Positions 20,161-30,352 of a stretch of DNA of 64,000 nucleotides are shown here, one piece after another. The notes beneath the pieces are model-generated. The model was not told the origin of the DNA, searched no databases, and worked only from the letters and a program-made list of their open reading frames with translations. The DNA is from Myxococcota bacterium. Lineage in GTDB: Bacteria > Myxococcota_A > UBA796 > CAJQPC01. Both the position numbers and the translations under genes were made by a program. How positions within the stretch are numbered: the stretch's first letter is position 1; each line of letters begins with the position of its first letter. The DNA lies in NCBI GenBank assembly GCA_036229005.1, contig JAZAMN010000024.1:160001-224000 (forward strand), given 5' to 3'.

Positions 20161-21816
20161 TCAGCGCGGCCACTGCTCCAGAAAGCGCACGATCCGGTCG
20201 CCCAGCGGGTCCAGGCGCTCGAAGAGCTCGTGGTCTTCGACATCGGACTGCAGGCGCAGGAAGAAGGCCTCCTCCAGCACCAGGGTGCGGCCCACCCGCT
20301 GGGCGATGCCCAAGGCCTCCAGCACCTCGGCGAGCTGCTCTCCGGTGGTCCCGCCGCGGGGACGACGGGTCACCAGCCAGCCCTGCATGGAGCAGAACTC
20401 GTCCAGCAGGAAGAGCAGATCTTCGTAGCGACGGCGCTTGATGCGCAGGTCGATGCGGGTGTTCTGGATGGTGAGCTGGACCTCGGCCCCGCTGCGGCGG
20501 TGCACCTGGAGCAGCGACACGATCATGGCCAGGTGGGGCACGTGGGCCAGGGCCCGCTGGCGCAGGGTCACCCGGTCGGGGATGGCGCGGCTGCGGGGCT
20601 CGCCGGGGTGGAAGATGCCGCCGTGCACCAGCTCTCGGCGGTCCACCGCGCTGGGCAGACCACCCTCCTTGGCCCGCCGCTCTTCCAGCAGGCGGTTCAC
20701 GCCGGTCACCCCGCCGACCAGGTCCTGCAGCGTGGGGGGCAGGGCGATGACCAGGTCGGTCTCCTCGGTCAGCTCCAGGAAGGGGCCGGTGAGCTCGCCG
20801 GGCTCGGGGCCGGGGTCGTCGGCCAGGGGGAAGGCGTCGATGGGGCGGCCCAGGAGCACGCGGTCCAGGTCGGCGGCCAGGCGGGCCGGGGTGACCTCGG
20901 CGCCGAACACGCGTCGATCCCAGCTTCCGTAGCGCTGCTGGAGCTTGGCGTATTGCATCGCCGCGCCCGGGTGCCCATCGGCCGCTTCCTTCAAGACCTC
21001 CAGGTAGTTGCGGTACCCAGGGTCGGAGAGGGCCACGCCCGCGACCGTGTCCGCCAGGTCCCGCCGCCAGACCGCGCCCCAGGAGACCACCAATCGGTCG
21101 CCCACGCGCCAGCCGTCTCCGCGACGCACCGCCATCTCGACATAGGAGCCCACCGGACACTCCTCGCCGCCGTGCCAGTCCAGCAGGGCCCGGACGTGCC
21201 ACAGCGAGAGCTCCCCGTGGTCCAACAGGGCGCGCAGGAGCACCCGGTAGGCCTCGGGGCTGTGCTCCGGGTTGCCGTGGATCTCCAGCTTGGGGGGGCG
21301 ACGCCGCGGCCGACCCAGGCCCAGGTCGAAGCTGAGCTGGTGGCCCTGGTTGGGCTTGCGGGCGGCGGGGTAGCGCATCGCGGGCTCCAGGAGGGCGCGC
21401 ACCGAGGTCGCTCGGCGGCGGGCGGTGCTGGGGGCCATGTCCGGCACGGCCTGTTGGATGTACTGGGCGATCACCCCGCTCTGGGGGAGCTCCGTGCGCC
21501 CCTCCATGAGCTGCACCACGAAGGGGTTCTGCCAGACCGCGCGCGCGTAGACCCGGGGGCGGTCGCGACCGGCGTAGGCGTACTCGGTACCCAGGCGCGT
21601 GAGGGTGGGGTGCAGCGTCTTCTCGTCCGTCGAGAGCAGCCGCAGCCAATCACCGGCCTGGGTGTAGTAGTTGACCGTCCGGACCTCGCAGTCCAGCAGC
21701 ATCGCGAGGCTACGGTTGTCCCGTACGCCGCGGGCGACCAGCTCGACCAGGCGGGCCAGCAGGCGCACGTTGTTCGCGTTGGGGATCAGGTTCTGGCGCG
21801 GGACCCGGGAGCTCAT
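20161..21816 (-). CDS. Hypothetical multi-winged-helix protein; N-terminus resembles restriction-associated DUF7226-like domain
   Basis: IPNANN...RTVNYYTQAGDWLRLL...LTRLG...STARRRATSV pattern; no nuclease motif seen. Confidence 0.65.
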   Translation of the reverse strand: MSSRVPRQNLIPNANNVRLLARLVELVARGVRDNRSLAMLLDCEVRTVNYYTQAGDWLRLLSTDEKTLHPTLTRLGTEYAYAGRDRPRVYARAVWQNPFVVQLMEGRTELPQSGVIAQYIQQAVPDMAPSTARRRATSVRALLEPAMRYPAARKPNQGHQLSFDLGLGRPRRRPPKLEIHGNPEHSPEAYRVLLRALLDHGELSLWHVRALLDWHGGEECPVGSYVEMAVRRGDGWRVGDRLVVSWGAVWRRDLADTVAGVALSDPGYRNYLEVLKEAADGHPGAAMQYAKLQQRYGSWDRRVFGAEVTPARLAADLDRVLLGRPIDAFPLADDPGPEPGELTGPFLELTEETDLVIALPPTLQDLVGGVTGVNRLLEERRAKEGGLPSAVDRRELVHGGIFHPGEPRSRAIPDRVTLRQRALAHVPHLAMIVSLLQVHRRSGAEVQLTIQNTRIDLRIKRRRYEDLLFLLDEFCSMQGWLVTRRPRGGTTGEQLAEVLEALGIAQRVGRTLVLEEAFFLRLQSDVEDHELFERLDPLGDRIVRFLEQWPR

Positions 21817-21867
21817 GGCGCGATCCTATCCCCGTTCGAACCTTCATGTTAGGTGGAAACAAATCCC

Positions 21868-21896
21868 TTGACATGACAAGAGCTTCGACCTAGTGT
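21868..21896 (+). promoter_or_regulatory. Sigma-70-type promoter
   Basis: TTGACA-17 bp-TAGTGT; GGAGG RBS and GTG 21941 downstream. Confidence 0.7.
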
Positions 21897-21940
21897 TTCG
21901 CTGCCGTGGGCGTCTGCAGCGTCCGCTGGCGGAGGAAGTT

Positions 21941-22960
21941 GTGAGCCGATTGGCCAGCCGCTTGGCGCGCAGAATGGAGCTCGAGAAGACAGGTGGCCAG
22001 CGCCAGGCCGCCTCCTTCGACCCCGACCAGCACTTCCTGGAGGCCGCTCTGCGTGGCCGGACCGCCCGCAAGGTGCGCGCCCACCTGCGCCGCCTGGAGC
22101 CCGTCGTCCTGATGACACCGCGGTGGTCCAACCCCCAGACTTTCCTGGAGGAGATCGCCCTGGACCTGGCCGTCGGAGAGCCCGCCGTGGGCTGCCGCAC
22201 CGTGTCCTTCCGGCCTCTCAAGGGTCGCCGCCCGCCCGAGGCCTGGAGCTTCATCCTCCAGGTTCTGGGCCAGCTCCGCAACCGCCGAAACGTCTCCCAC
22301 CCCCCCATCGTCGCCGATGGCCGCGGCTTCCGCTCCGTCGCCTTGGAGCTGCTGCTCCGGGCCCAGGACGAGACCGACCACAACCTGGCTCTGCTGGCCC
22401 ACGGCGCCGAGTACCTGCCCATCGACGTGATCGAGGACCTGGGCGAGGTCTGGGCCACCTACGTCCAGAGGATCCCGCGGGACCGCCGGGCCACAATGTT
22501 GCTCGCTGGCAGCGTCAACGCCGAGCTCGACCAGGGCAACCCCGTGACGCTGGCCGATTACGGGGAGGCTGAAGCGGCTGCTGCGATCTTCGGACGGACG
22601 GGGCCCACCGCTCGGGCTCACCTGGAGACCGCCGCCCGCTTCTCGGGCGGCATCCCCGCAGTGGTTGATGCGCTCGGTCGAGGTGCTCGGGAGCAAGGCG
22701 CGATGCCGCGCAGCCGGGCTGGTCTGGTGCGCGCTCTGGGCCCCCTGGGCGAAGAGATGCGCATGGCCGTGGACATCGTGAAGGCCGACACCGAGCTGGC
22801 TGAGCGCCTGCAGGCGCTGCTGCGCGGTGAGCCCCTGGTCGAGGTCCCGCAGGTCGACAAGCCCCTGATGATGGCGGGCTTGCTGCGTCGCGTGCGCTTG
22901 CCTGGCGAGGACCGCGTCATGCTGCGGGCCCCCGCAATCGGCGAGGTCGCTGGGAGCTGA
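21941..22960 (+). CDS. Hypothetical protein, degenerate STAND/AAA-like fold
   Basis: VVLMTPRWSNPQT (eroded Walker A), LALLAHGAEYL (eroded Walker B), SGGIP, LMMAGLLRR. Confidence 0.6.
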   Translation: MSRLASRLARRMELEKTGGQRQAASFDPDQHFLEAALRGRTARKVRAHLRRLEPVVLMTPRWSNPQTFLEEIALDLAVGEPAVGCRTVSFRPLKGRRPPEAWSFILQVLGQLRNRRNVSHPPIVADGRGFRSVALELLLRAQDETDHNLALLAHGAEYLPIDVIEDLGEVWATYVQRIPRDRRATMLLAGSVNAELDQGNPVTLADYGEAEAAAAIFGRTGPTARAHLETAARFSGGIPAVVDALGRGAREQGAMPRSRAGLVRALGPLGEEMRMAVDIVKADTELAERLQALLRGEPLVEVPQVDKPLMMAGLLRRVRLPGEDRVMLRAPAIGEVAGS

Positions 22961-22997
22961 GGGTTCTCCGGGCGAGCCCGGAGCCCCCCGACCGGTC

Positions 22998-23495
22998 TCA
23001 GCCCGAGACCGAGGCGCCGCGCTCACCCTGGACGGTGGCGCTGCCCTTGTTGCCGTCGACGTCGACGACAAAGAGCTCGAAGGTCCACTCGTCCGCCGAG
23101 GTGCAGGGCAGGCTGTAGAGGTTGGCCTGGAAGCTGCCCGTGCAGGTGGCCGCGTCGGGGTCGCAGACCACGATGTCAAAGGCCGTGTCGACGGTCTGGC
23201 CGTCCTGTCCCCAGCTCACGCCGTGCTTGTAGGCCTCGTCCTCCTGGAAGGTGTTCCGGGGGACATCGTTGGGGCCCTGCGGGTCGTCGTAGCTCAGGGA
23301 GAAGCTCCAGAGATCGTAGGGGTTGTCGCCGCCCTCGTCGTGGGTGCGACAGATGGCCTCGAGCTCGCTCAGCTTGGGGCTCACGCCGTCGTCGACGACC
23401 TCCTCTGCGGTGTCGGAGTCGATGGGCTCGTCGTCTCCCTTGCAGGCGGTCAGGAGGACAAGGCCGGTGAAGAGGGCCAGGGGGGTGCTGCGCAT
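22998..23495 (-). CDS. Lipoprotein, hypothetical
   Basis: AAGGAG RBS; lipobox LTAC. Confidence 0.8.
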   Translation of the reverse strand: MRSTPLALFTGLVLLTACKGDDEPIDSDTAEEVVDDGVSPKLSELEAICRTHDEGGDNPYDLWSFSLSYDDPQGPNDVPRNTFQEDEAYKHGVSWGQDGQTVDTAFDIVVCDPDAATCTGSFQANLYSLPCTSADEWTFELFVVDVDGNKGSATVQGERGASVSG

Positions 23496-23577
23496 GCGAA
23501 CTCCTTCAGCTCTCTGAAGGGTACCCCACTGGGGCTCGGCTGGCGAAGGCTCTCTGGGCTGGCCTCCGAGCCCAGTG

Positions 23578-23675
23578 TGTATAGTTGGCGATACATGGTG
23601 AAGGAGTGTGTACAGTGGCGCTGAGAAGCGTGTAATCCTGTAGGTTTGGCGTTCACTGTATTCGGTGATCTACAG
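23578..23675. promoter_or_regulatory. Two palindromic TGTA-N10-TACA sites (putative enhancer-binding-protein UAS)
   Basis: TGTATAGTTGGCGATACA 23578-23595 and CTGTATTCGGTGATCTACAG 23656-23675, in an AT-richer tract upstream of a sigma-54 motif. Confidence 0.6.
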
Positions 23676-23751
23676 GTGTTGATGGTCTTGGTGTAAGCAG
23701 GGGTCGTCAAGCGGTTTGCCGCAAGTGCCTGAAATCACGTTTCCAAAAAGT

Positions 23752-23767
23752 TGGCACAGGTCCTGCA
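23752..23767 (+). promoter_or_regulatory. Sigma-54 (-24/-12) promoter
   Basis: TGGCACAGGTCCTGCA vs consensus TGGCACGNNNNTTGCW; predicts TSS near 23779. Confidence 0.75.
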
Positions 23768-23779
23768 ATCTCTTTCTCC

Positions 23780-25345
23780 GACACCCGGCACAGTCCGGAG
23801 GTCAACCGAGAAAAACGCTCGGCACGTTCTTTGACGTTGACATCGCTGATTGTAGACGGCCGCTGGCCACCTCCTGTCGGAGGGACCTGAACTGGAAACA
23901 GAGCAGGGACAAAGTCAGCGCCTTGGGACAGACTCCTCGGAGTGGAAGACCCAAGGGGCCAACCCCGCAAGGCCAGGGCGACCTGGACGAGCGACGGAAG
24001 GCCGGAATCCAAAGCCTCCCTCGGGAGTGCGGAGGACCCAGCCGGAGCTCTTCGGAGCGAAAGGCGCGCTGCAGTCAGACAAACAAGCCCATGGAAGAAT
24101 CGAGCGGACCTTGGTCGGAAACGGCAAAGGGACGCAACGGACTCTCCCAGCGGAGCAAAGCCTTGGAGCCGCGAGAGCAGACCCCCTCGGGGGAACGCTC
24201 AGGACACAAGCCGGAGACGGCGGGTGTCCAAGTCGCCCAGACAGGACGGGAAACCAGCCTGACACGGCGGCGGGAACGGCAAGAGGGAAGCGCGGGTGCG
24301 GTGACGCATCGGCGGCTGCTGGAGAGGGAAAGTCTTTGAAGGGTCAGCGCTGCGGAAGCGCCAGGGACCGAGGCACCGAAAGGTGGGTCGGCAAGGGAGC
24401 CTCCTTTTGGGGGTGAACGGAACTGGAGCGGGAACGCAGCGAACCTCATGACCGGTAGCAGGATGCAACAAGCCTGCAGACCAGATGCTGATGCCGCCAA
24501 GGAGCTGAGAAAGCTCAAGGCAGCGCGAGCCCGACCTGGCAAGGAAGGGACAAAGCATGGACGAGCGACGCGGAGCCAGCGATGGCGAAGCGGAGCGGCA
24601 GTCGGAGACGGCTGTTGGGGTCGGAATGGCGTCGAGGCCACCCGGCACACACCCAAGACCATGTGGGAGCAGGCATCGCTGGAGAGAAGCCGACTGGAGA
24701 CAGTCTGAGGACAGCCAGCTTGGGTCCAGGAGAGACGGAGTCTGGAGAGCGCGCAGGCAGCGGAGTCGGCAACGACTCAGGCGCAGCGTGAACAAAGGCA
24801 CCGAACAGCCAGGACCGACGGTGACATCGGTGGAGAGGCGGAGAAACCCTCGGAGGAGGAGCAGGCGAGAGCGGACGACAGGACGCACTCACAGGCAAGC
24901 GAAAGAAAGGTCCTCGGACCCGGAGAGCGCCGGCTGCCGGCTCAGGAAACTTGGAAGAGTCTCCAAAGGAGGCGCCCAAGGACAGAAGGACGCAGCATCT
25001 TCGGATGCACAGCGGACTGCGAGAGAGACCTTGAAGGTCCCACCGAATCAACGCGAATCAAACCGCGTCGGTGAAGGCCAGGAAGGGACGCGGGAAAGGC
25101 CAACGACCCGCATCGCAGCCCAGGAAGGACAGCAGCAATGCTGGACGGCGACCTTGAGGTTCAGGCGAACCCCACAGCAGGCGTGACGCGGCGACGCGTT
25201 GAGCGCCAAGGTTCCCGTATCCTCCAAGAGGAACCCTCCCTGGGCTGGGTGTCACCTCTCCTTCAACTGCAAGGAGAGGAAGGCAGCAGACCTTGCTGCC
25301 AACCAAGACCCCGAACCGCTTTGCGCGGTTCGGGGTCTTGTCGTT
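23780..25345 (+). ncRNA. Candidate very large (~1.55 kb) structured non-coding RNA
   Basis: No ORF with host codon bias; purine-rich; more than 15 GNRA/UNCG-type hairpins on + strand; 5'/3' closing helix; flanked by promoter and terminator. Confidence 0.8.
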
Positions 25346-25346
25346 T
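25304..25346 (+). terminator. Strong intrinsic terminator, possibly bidirectional
   Basis: Perfect 16-bp stem CAAGACCCCGAACCGC-TTTGC-GCGGTTCGGGGTCTTG then TCGTTT. Confidence 0.8.
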
Positions 25347-25477
25347 CGGGGCCCACCGCTCCGCCACCGCAGTGCAAACCCACCCCGACCCCCAGAGCAC
25401 AAACGAGGACACCCTCAGGATGTCCTCGCTTGCGGATCGGGTGCACAGGTGTGCGGGGGCCCAGGACCCTGGGCGGT

Positions 25478-27649
<2,172 letters not shown>

Positions 27650-27704
27650 CGAGTCTCCTCGGGAGAGTTTGGGGACCAAGGGGTATCACGCCCGGCGCGG
27701 GGAT

Positions 27705-28937
27705 TCAGATGACCATCGCCTCGGCGCTGCGGAACTCGCGATCGATCTGGAAGACCCCGAGGCTGGCCTGCTCGCCGAGGACGGTGACATGGTCGATTGA
27801 ACGCCCGGCTTCAGCCAGGGCGGTGCAGACCTTGGCGGAGAAGGGGCCGAACATCGCGCCGTGTCCGGAGAAGCCCACCAGCCGGATCAGGTTCCGGGTG
27901 TTGGGGTCGAAGTCCATGAAGGGGTTGTGGTCGGGGGTGGTCCCGTAGAACCCGGCCGTGGTGGCGGAGATCCCCTTGAACTCGCCGACGGGGGGCAGGA
28001 CCTCGGCCAGGGCCATCCAGGTCTCGAAGGGGCGCGCGTCGGCCCCGGAGCGGTGGAAGAACTCGGGCTGCACGGAGTCCTGGTCTTCGTAGGAGAAGTC
28101 GGCGGACTGGTCGGGCGCCGCGTGCTTCCACCCGATCATCAGCGAGCCCGCGTTCTCGGGGCGGCAGTAGGCCCCCGACGGCGAGATCACCAGGGGCATG
28201 GACAGGAGCTGCTCGGCGCTCATGGCCTGGTCGTCGCGCTCCAGGAACCACAGGTAGCGCTTGAGGGCGGCCACGGGCAGCGCCTTGGCCCCCAGGATGT
28301 CACCGAGGCGCCGGCTCCAGGCGTTCGTGCAGTCCACGAACAGGTCGGCCGACAGGGTCTCGCCCTTGGCCGTGGTGACGCTCAGCAGGCGGTCACCTGC
28401 GCGCTCCGCCGAGACCACAGCGCTGTTCATCTTGAGGGTGCCGCCCCGCTGACGGAGCCCCTGGGCGGCCTCGTTGTAGAGCACCTCGGGCCTCAAGAAG
28501 CCATCGCTCGGGCACCAGGTCGCCCCCCCGATGCTCTCCGGGTCCACCCAGGAGAAGCGGCTCTGGACCTGCTCGGGGCTGAGGGCCTCCACCTCCTTCA
28601 ACCCCCAGGCCCTTTGACTCTCCACGCGGATCCGGGCGCCAGCGAGGACATCGGGGGCGTTGGGCAGCAGGAAGAGGTAGCCATTGGACTGGATGGGCCG
28701 GCCCTCGCCGCCGGTGCGCGCCTGCCAGTCGTTGTAGAAGTCCACGGCGTAGCGCATCCCCAGCACCGTCTCGCGCGTGGTGAACTGCTGCCGAAAGCCC
28801 GCCGCGGTGCGCGAGCTGGAGCCGGCGCCCAGGTGCTGGGCCTCGAGCAGGGTGACCGCCCAGCCCTGGTCCTGGAGCTGCAGCGCAGTGAGCGTGCCTG
28901 TGATGCCAGCACCGATGACGATCGCCGAACGAGCCAT
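27705..28937 (-). CDS. FAD-dependent oxidoreductase (DAO / sarcosine oxidase beta-like)
   Basis: IGAGITG, GSSSRTAAG, TPDHNP, GFSGHG. Confidence 0.9.
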   Translation of the reverse strand: MARSAIVIGAGITGTLTALQLQDQGWAVTLLEAQHLGAGSSSRTAAGFRQQFTTRETVLGMRYAVDFYNDWQARTGGEGRPIQSNGYLFLLPNAPDVLAGARIRVESQRAWGLKEVEALSPEQVQSRFSWVDPESIGGATWCPSDGFLRPEVLYNEAAQGLRQRGGTLKMNSAVVSAERAGDRLLSVTTAKGETLSADLFVDCTNAWSRRLGDILGAKALPVAALKRYLWFLERDDQAMSAEQLLSMPLVISPSGAYCRPENAGSLMIGWKHAAPDQSADFSYEDQDSVQPEFFHRSGADARPFETWMALAEVLPPVGEFKGISATTAGFYGTTPDHNPFMDFDPNTRNLIRLVGFSGHGAMFGPFSAKVCTALAEAGRSIDHVTVLGEQASLGVFQIDREFRSAEAMVI

Positions 28938-29040
28938 TGAGGACCTCTGCTTTCGCAGAGCCTATCCAACCGCGCTCGCCGGGAATGTCAGAAGGCCCTG
29001 ACGGGTGGTAGCTTGGTCGGAATCCTGTGGAGGTCCCCCC

Positions 29041-29613
29041 ATGCTTGCCCTGCTTCTCCCCGCGCTCCTGGCTGCTCCCGCTGGCTGGGAGAGCTTCGAC
29101 AGCGGCGGCGGCTGCACCTACTTCAAGAGCCCCAAGCACGCCTCCGGCTACCCCACCCTGCGGGCGGAGTGCACCTGGTCGGACGTGACCCCGGCGCAGC
29201 TCGACGCCCTGCTCTCGGACCTGGAGGGCCACGACGAGATCCACAGCAGCATCGCGGAGGCCAAGGTCGTGGGGACCACCACCAGCGGCACCAAGGTGTA
29301 CCAGCGCCACGTGGCCTCGGGGATCTCCGACCGAGAGGCCAACATGGAGTACACCCGCGCGGTCTCCGGGGACACCATCACCCACGCGTGGTCCATGACC
29401 GCGGACCAGCCCACCCCGGCCGCCGGGAACGAAGCCCCCGCCCACAACTCCGGCAAGTGGGAGCTCAGCCCGGACGGCGCCGGCACCAAGGTGGTCTATG
29501 AGCTGCGCTACGAGCCCGGAGGCAGCGTCCCGGGCTTTGTGGTCCGCGCCTTCCAGACCAGCGGCTTTGTCCTGATTGTCCAGGAGCTCCACAAGGCGGG
29601 CCTGGCAGGCTGA
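29041..29613 (+). CDS. Secreted START/SRPBCC-domain protein
   Basis: GGAGG RBS; signal peptide; ISDRE, GKWEL..GTKVVY..EPGGSVPGFVV. Confidence 0.75.
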   Translation: MLALLLPALLAAPAGWESFDSGGGCTYFKSPKHASGYPTLRAECTWSDVTPAQLDALLSDLEGHDEIHSSIAEAKVVGTTTSGTKVYQRHVASGISDREANMEYTRAVSGDTITHAWSMTADQPTPAAGNEAPAHNSGKWELSPDGAGTKVVYELRYEPGGSVPGFVVRAFQTSGFVLIVQELHKAGLAG

Positions 29614-29680
29614 CACCCACCGGGCCGCGGGACGCTCCGAGGGCCCCCTCCCGGCGACTGGGCCCCTCGGAGCGCAGCCC

Positions 29681-30271
29681 TCAGTAGGCCATCAGCTCGT
29701 CGACGATGTCGTCCGGCCAGGTGCGCTTGCCGTCCAGCCAGGTGGGCTCCTCGCCGTCCAGGTCAAAGAACAAGGGCTCGCTGCCGTCGACGTCGAACCA
29801 GGTGGGCTGCTCCCCGTCGATGTCGAAGAACTCGGGCTCCGTTCCGTCGATGTCGAAGGCCACGATGCTCCCGGCCTTGTCGCCATCGGGGGTGTAGAGC
29901 AGCAGGTCGCCATCCACGGCGGTGCGCCAGATCTCCACGTGCTCCTGGCTGGCGAACACGGCGAAGCCGTCCCCGTCGATGCCGCCCTGCAGGTCACACT
30001 GCCAGTCGGAGGCACCCTTGTTGGAGAGCCAGTGGCTCTGGCTGTCCGAGAGCCAGTGGGTCTGGCTGTTGGACTTGCACACGCCCTTGAGCTTGCCGGT
30101 GTCGGTGTAGAAGCCCAGCACGGCGTCGGTGGCGCTGCCCTCCTTGGCGACGTCCAGCATCACCGTCACGCGCAGGTCCGCGGAGTATTCGGCCGCGGCC
30201 GCCATGGTGGCGGCCATGCTCAGGCCAAAGGAGACGGCGAAGAGGGCCAGGGTGGACTTGGACATGGACAC
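29681..30271 (-). CDS. Secreted protein with short tandem peptide repeats
   Basis: Signal peptide; SQxHWLS x2; FD[IVL]DGxxP x4. Confidence 0.75.
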   Translation of the reverse strand: MSMSKSTLALFAVSFGLSMAATMAAAAEYSADLRVTVMLDVAKEGSATDAVLGFYTDTGKLKGVCKSNSQTHWLSDSQSHWLSNKGASDWQCDLQGGIDGDGFAVFASQEHVEIWRTAVDGDLLLYTPDGDKAGSIVAFDIDGTEPEFFDIDGEQPTWFDVDGSEPLFFDLDGEEPTWLDGKRTWPDDIVDELMAY

Positions 30272-30352
30272 GGAGACCTCCTGTTCTTGGGTCTCCGCAA
30301 AGCTATGGCTGGGCCCCCTGGCGGTCCTGTCCCAGCTTGTCCCAGGCCGCGC

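Noticed and set aside
23656..23675. LexA SOS box
   Set aside because: CTGT-N12-ACAG spacing does not fit CTGT-N8-ACAG
23831..23858. TTGACG/TTGACA as a sigma-70 -35 for the RNA
   Set aside because: Weak -10 and spacing; the segment pairs within the RNA (CGCTGA/TCAGCG), and the sigma-54 motif matches the 5' boundary better
23780..25345. 16S/23S rRNA, tmRNA, RNase P or group I/II intron
   Set aside because: No universal rRNA motifs (e.g. GTGCCAGCAGCCGCGG), no tRNA-like ends, no RNase P P4 consensus, no recognisable group II domain V, no interrupted host gene or RT/endonuclease ORF
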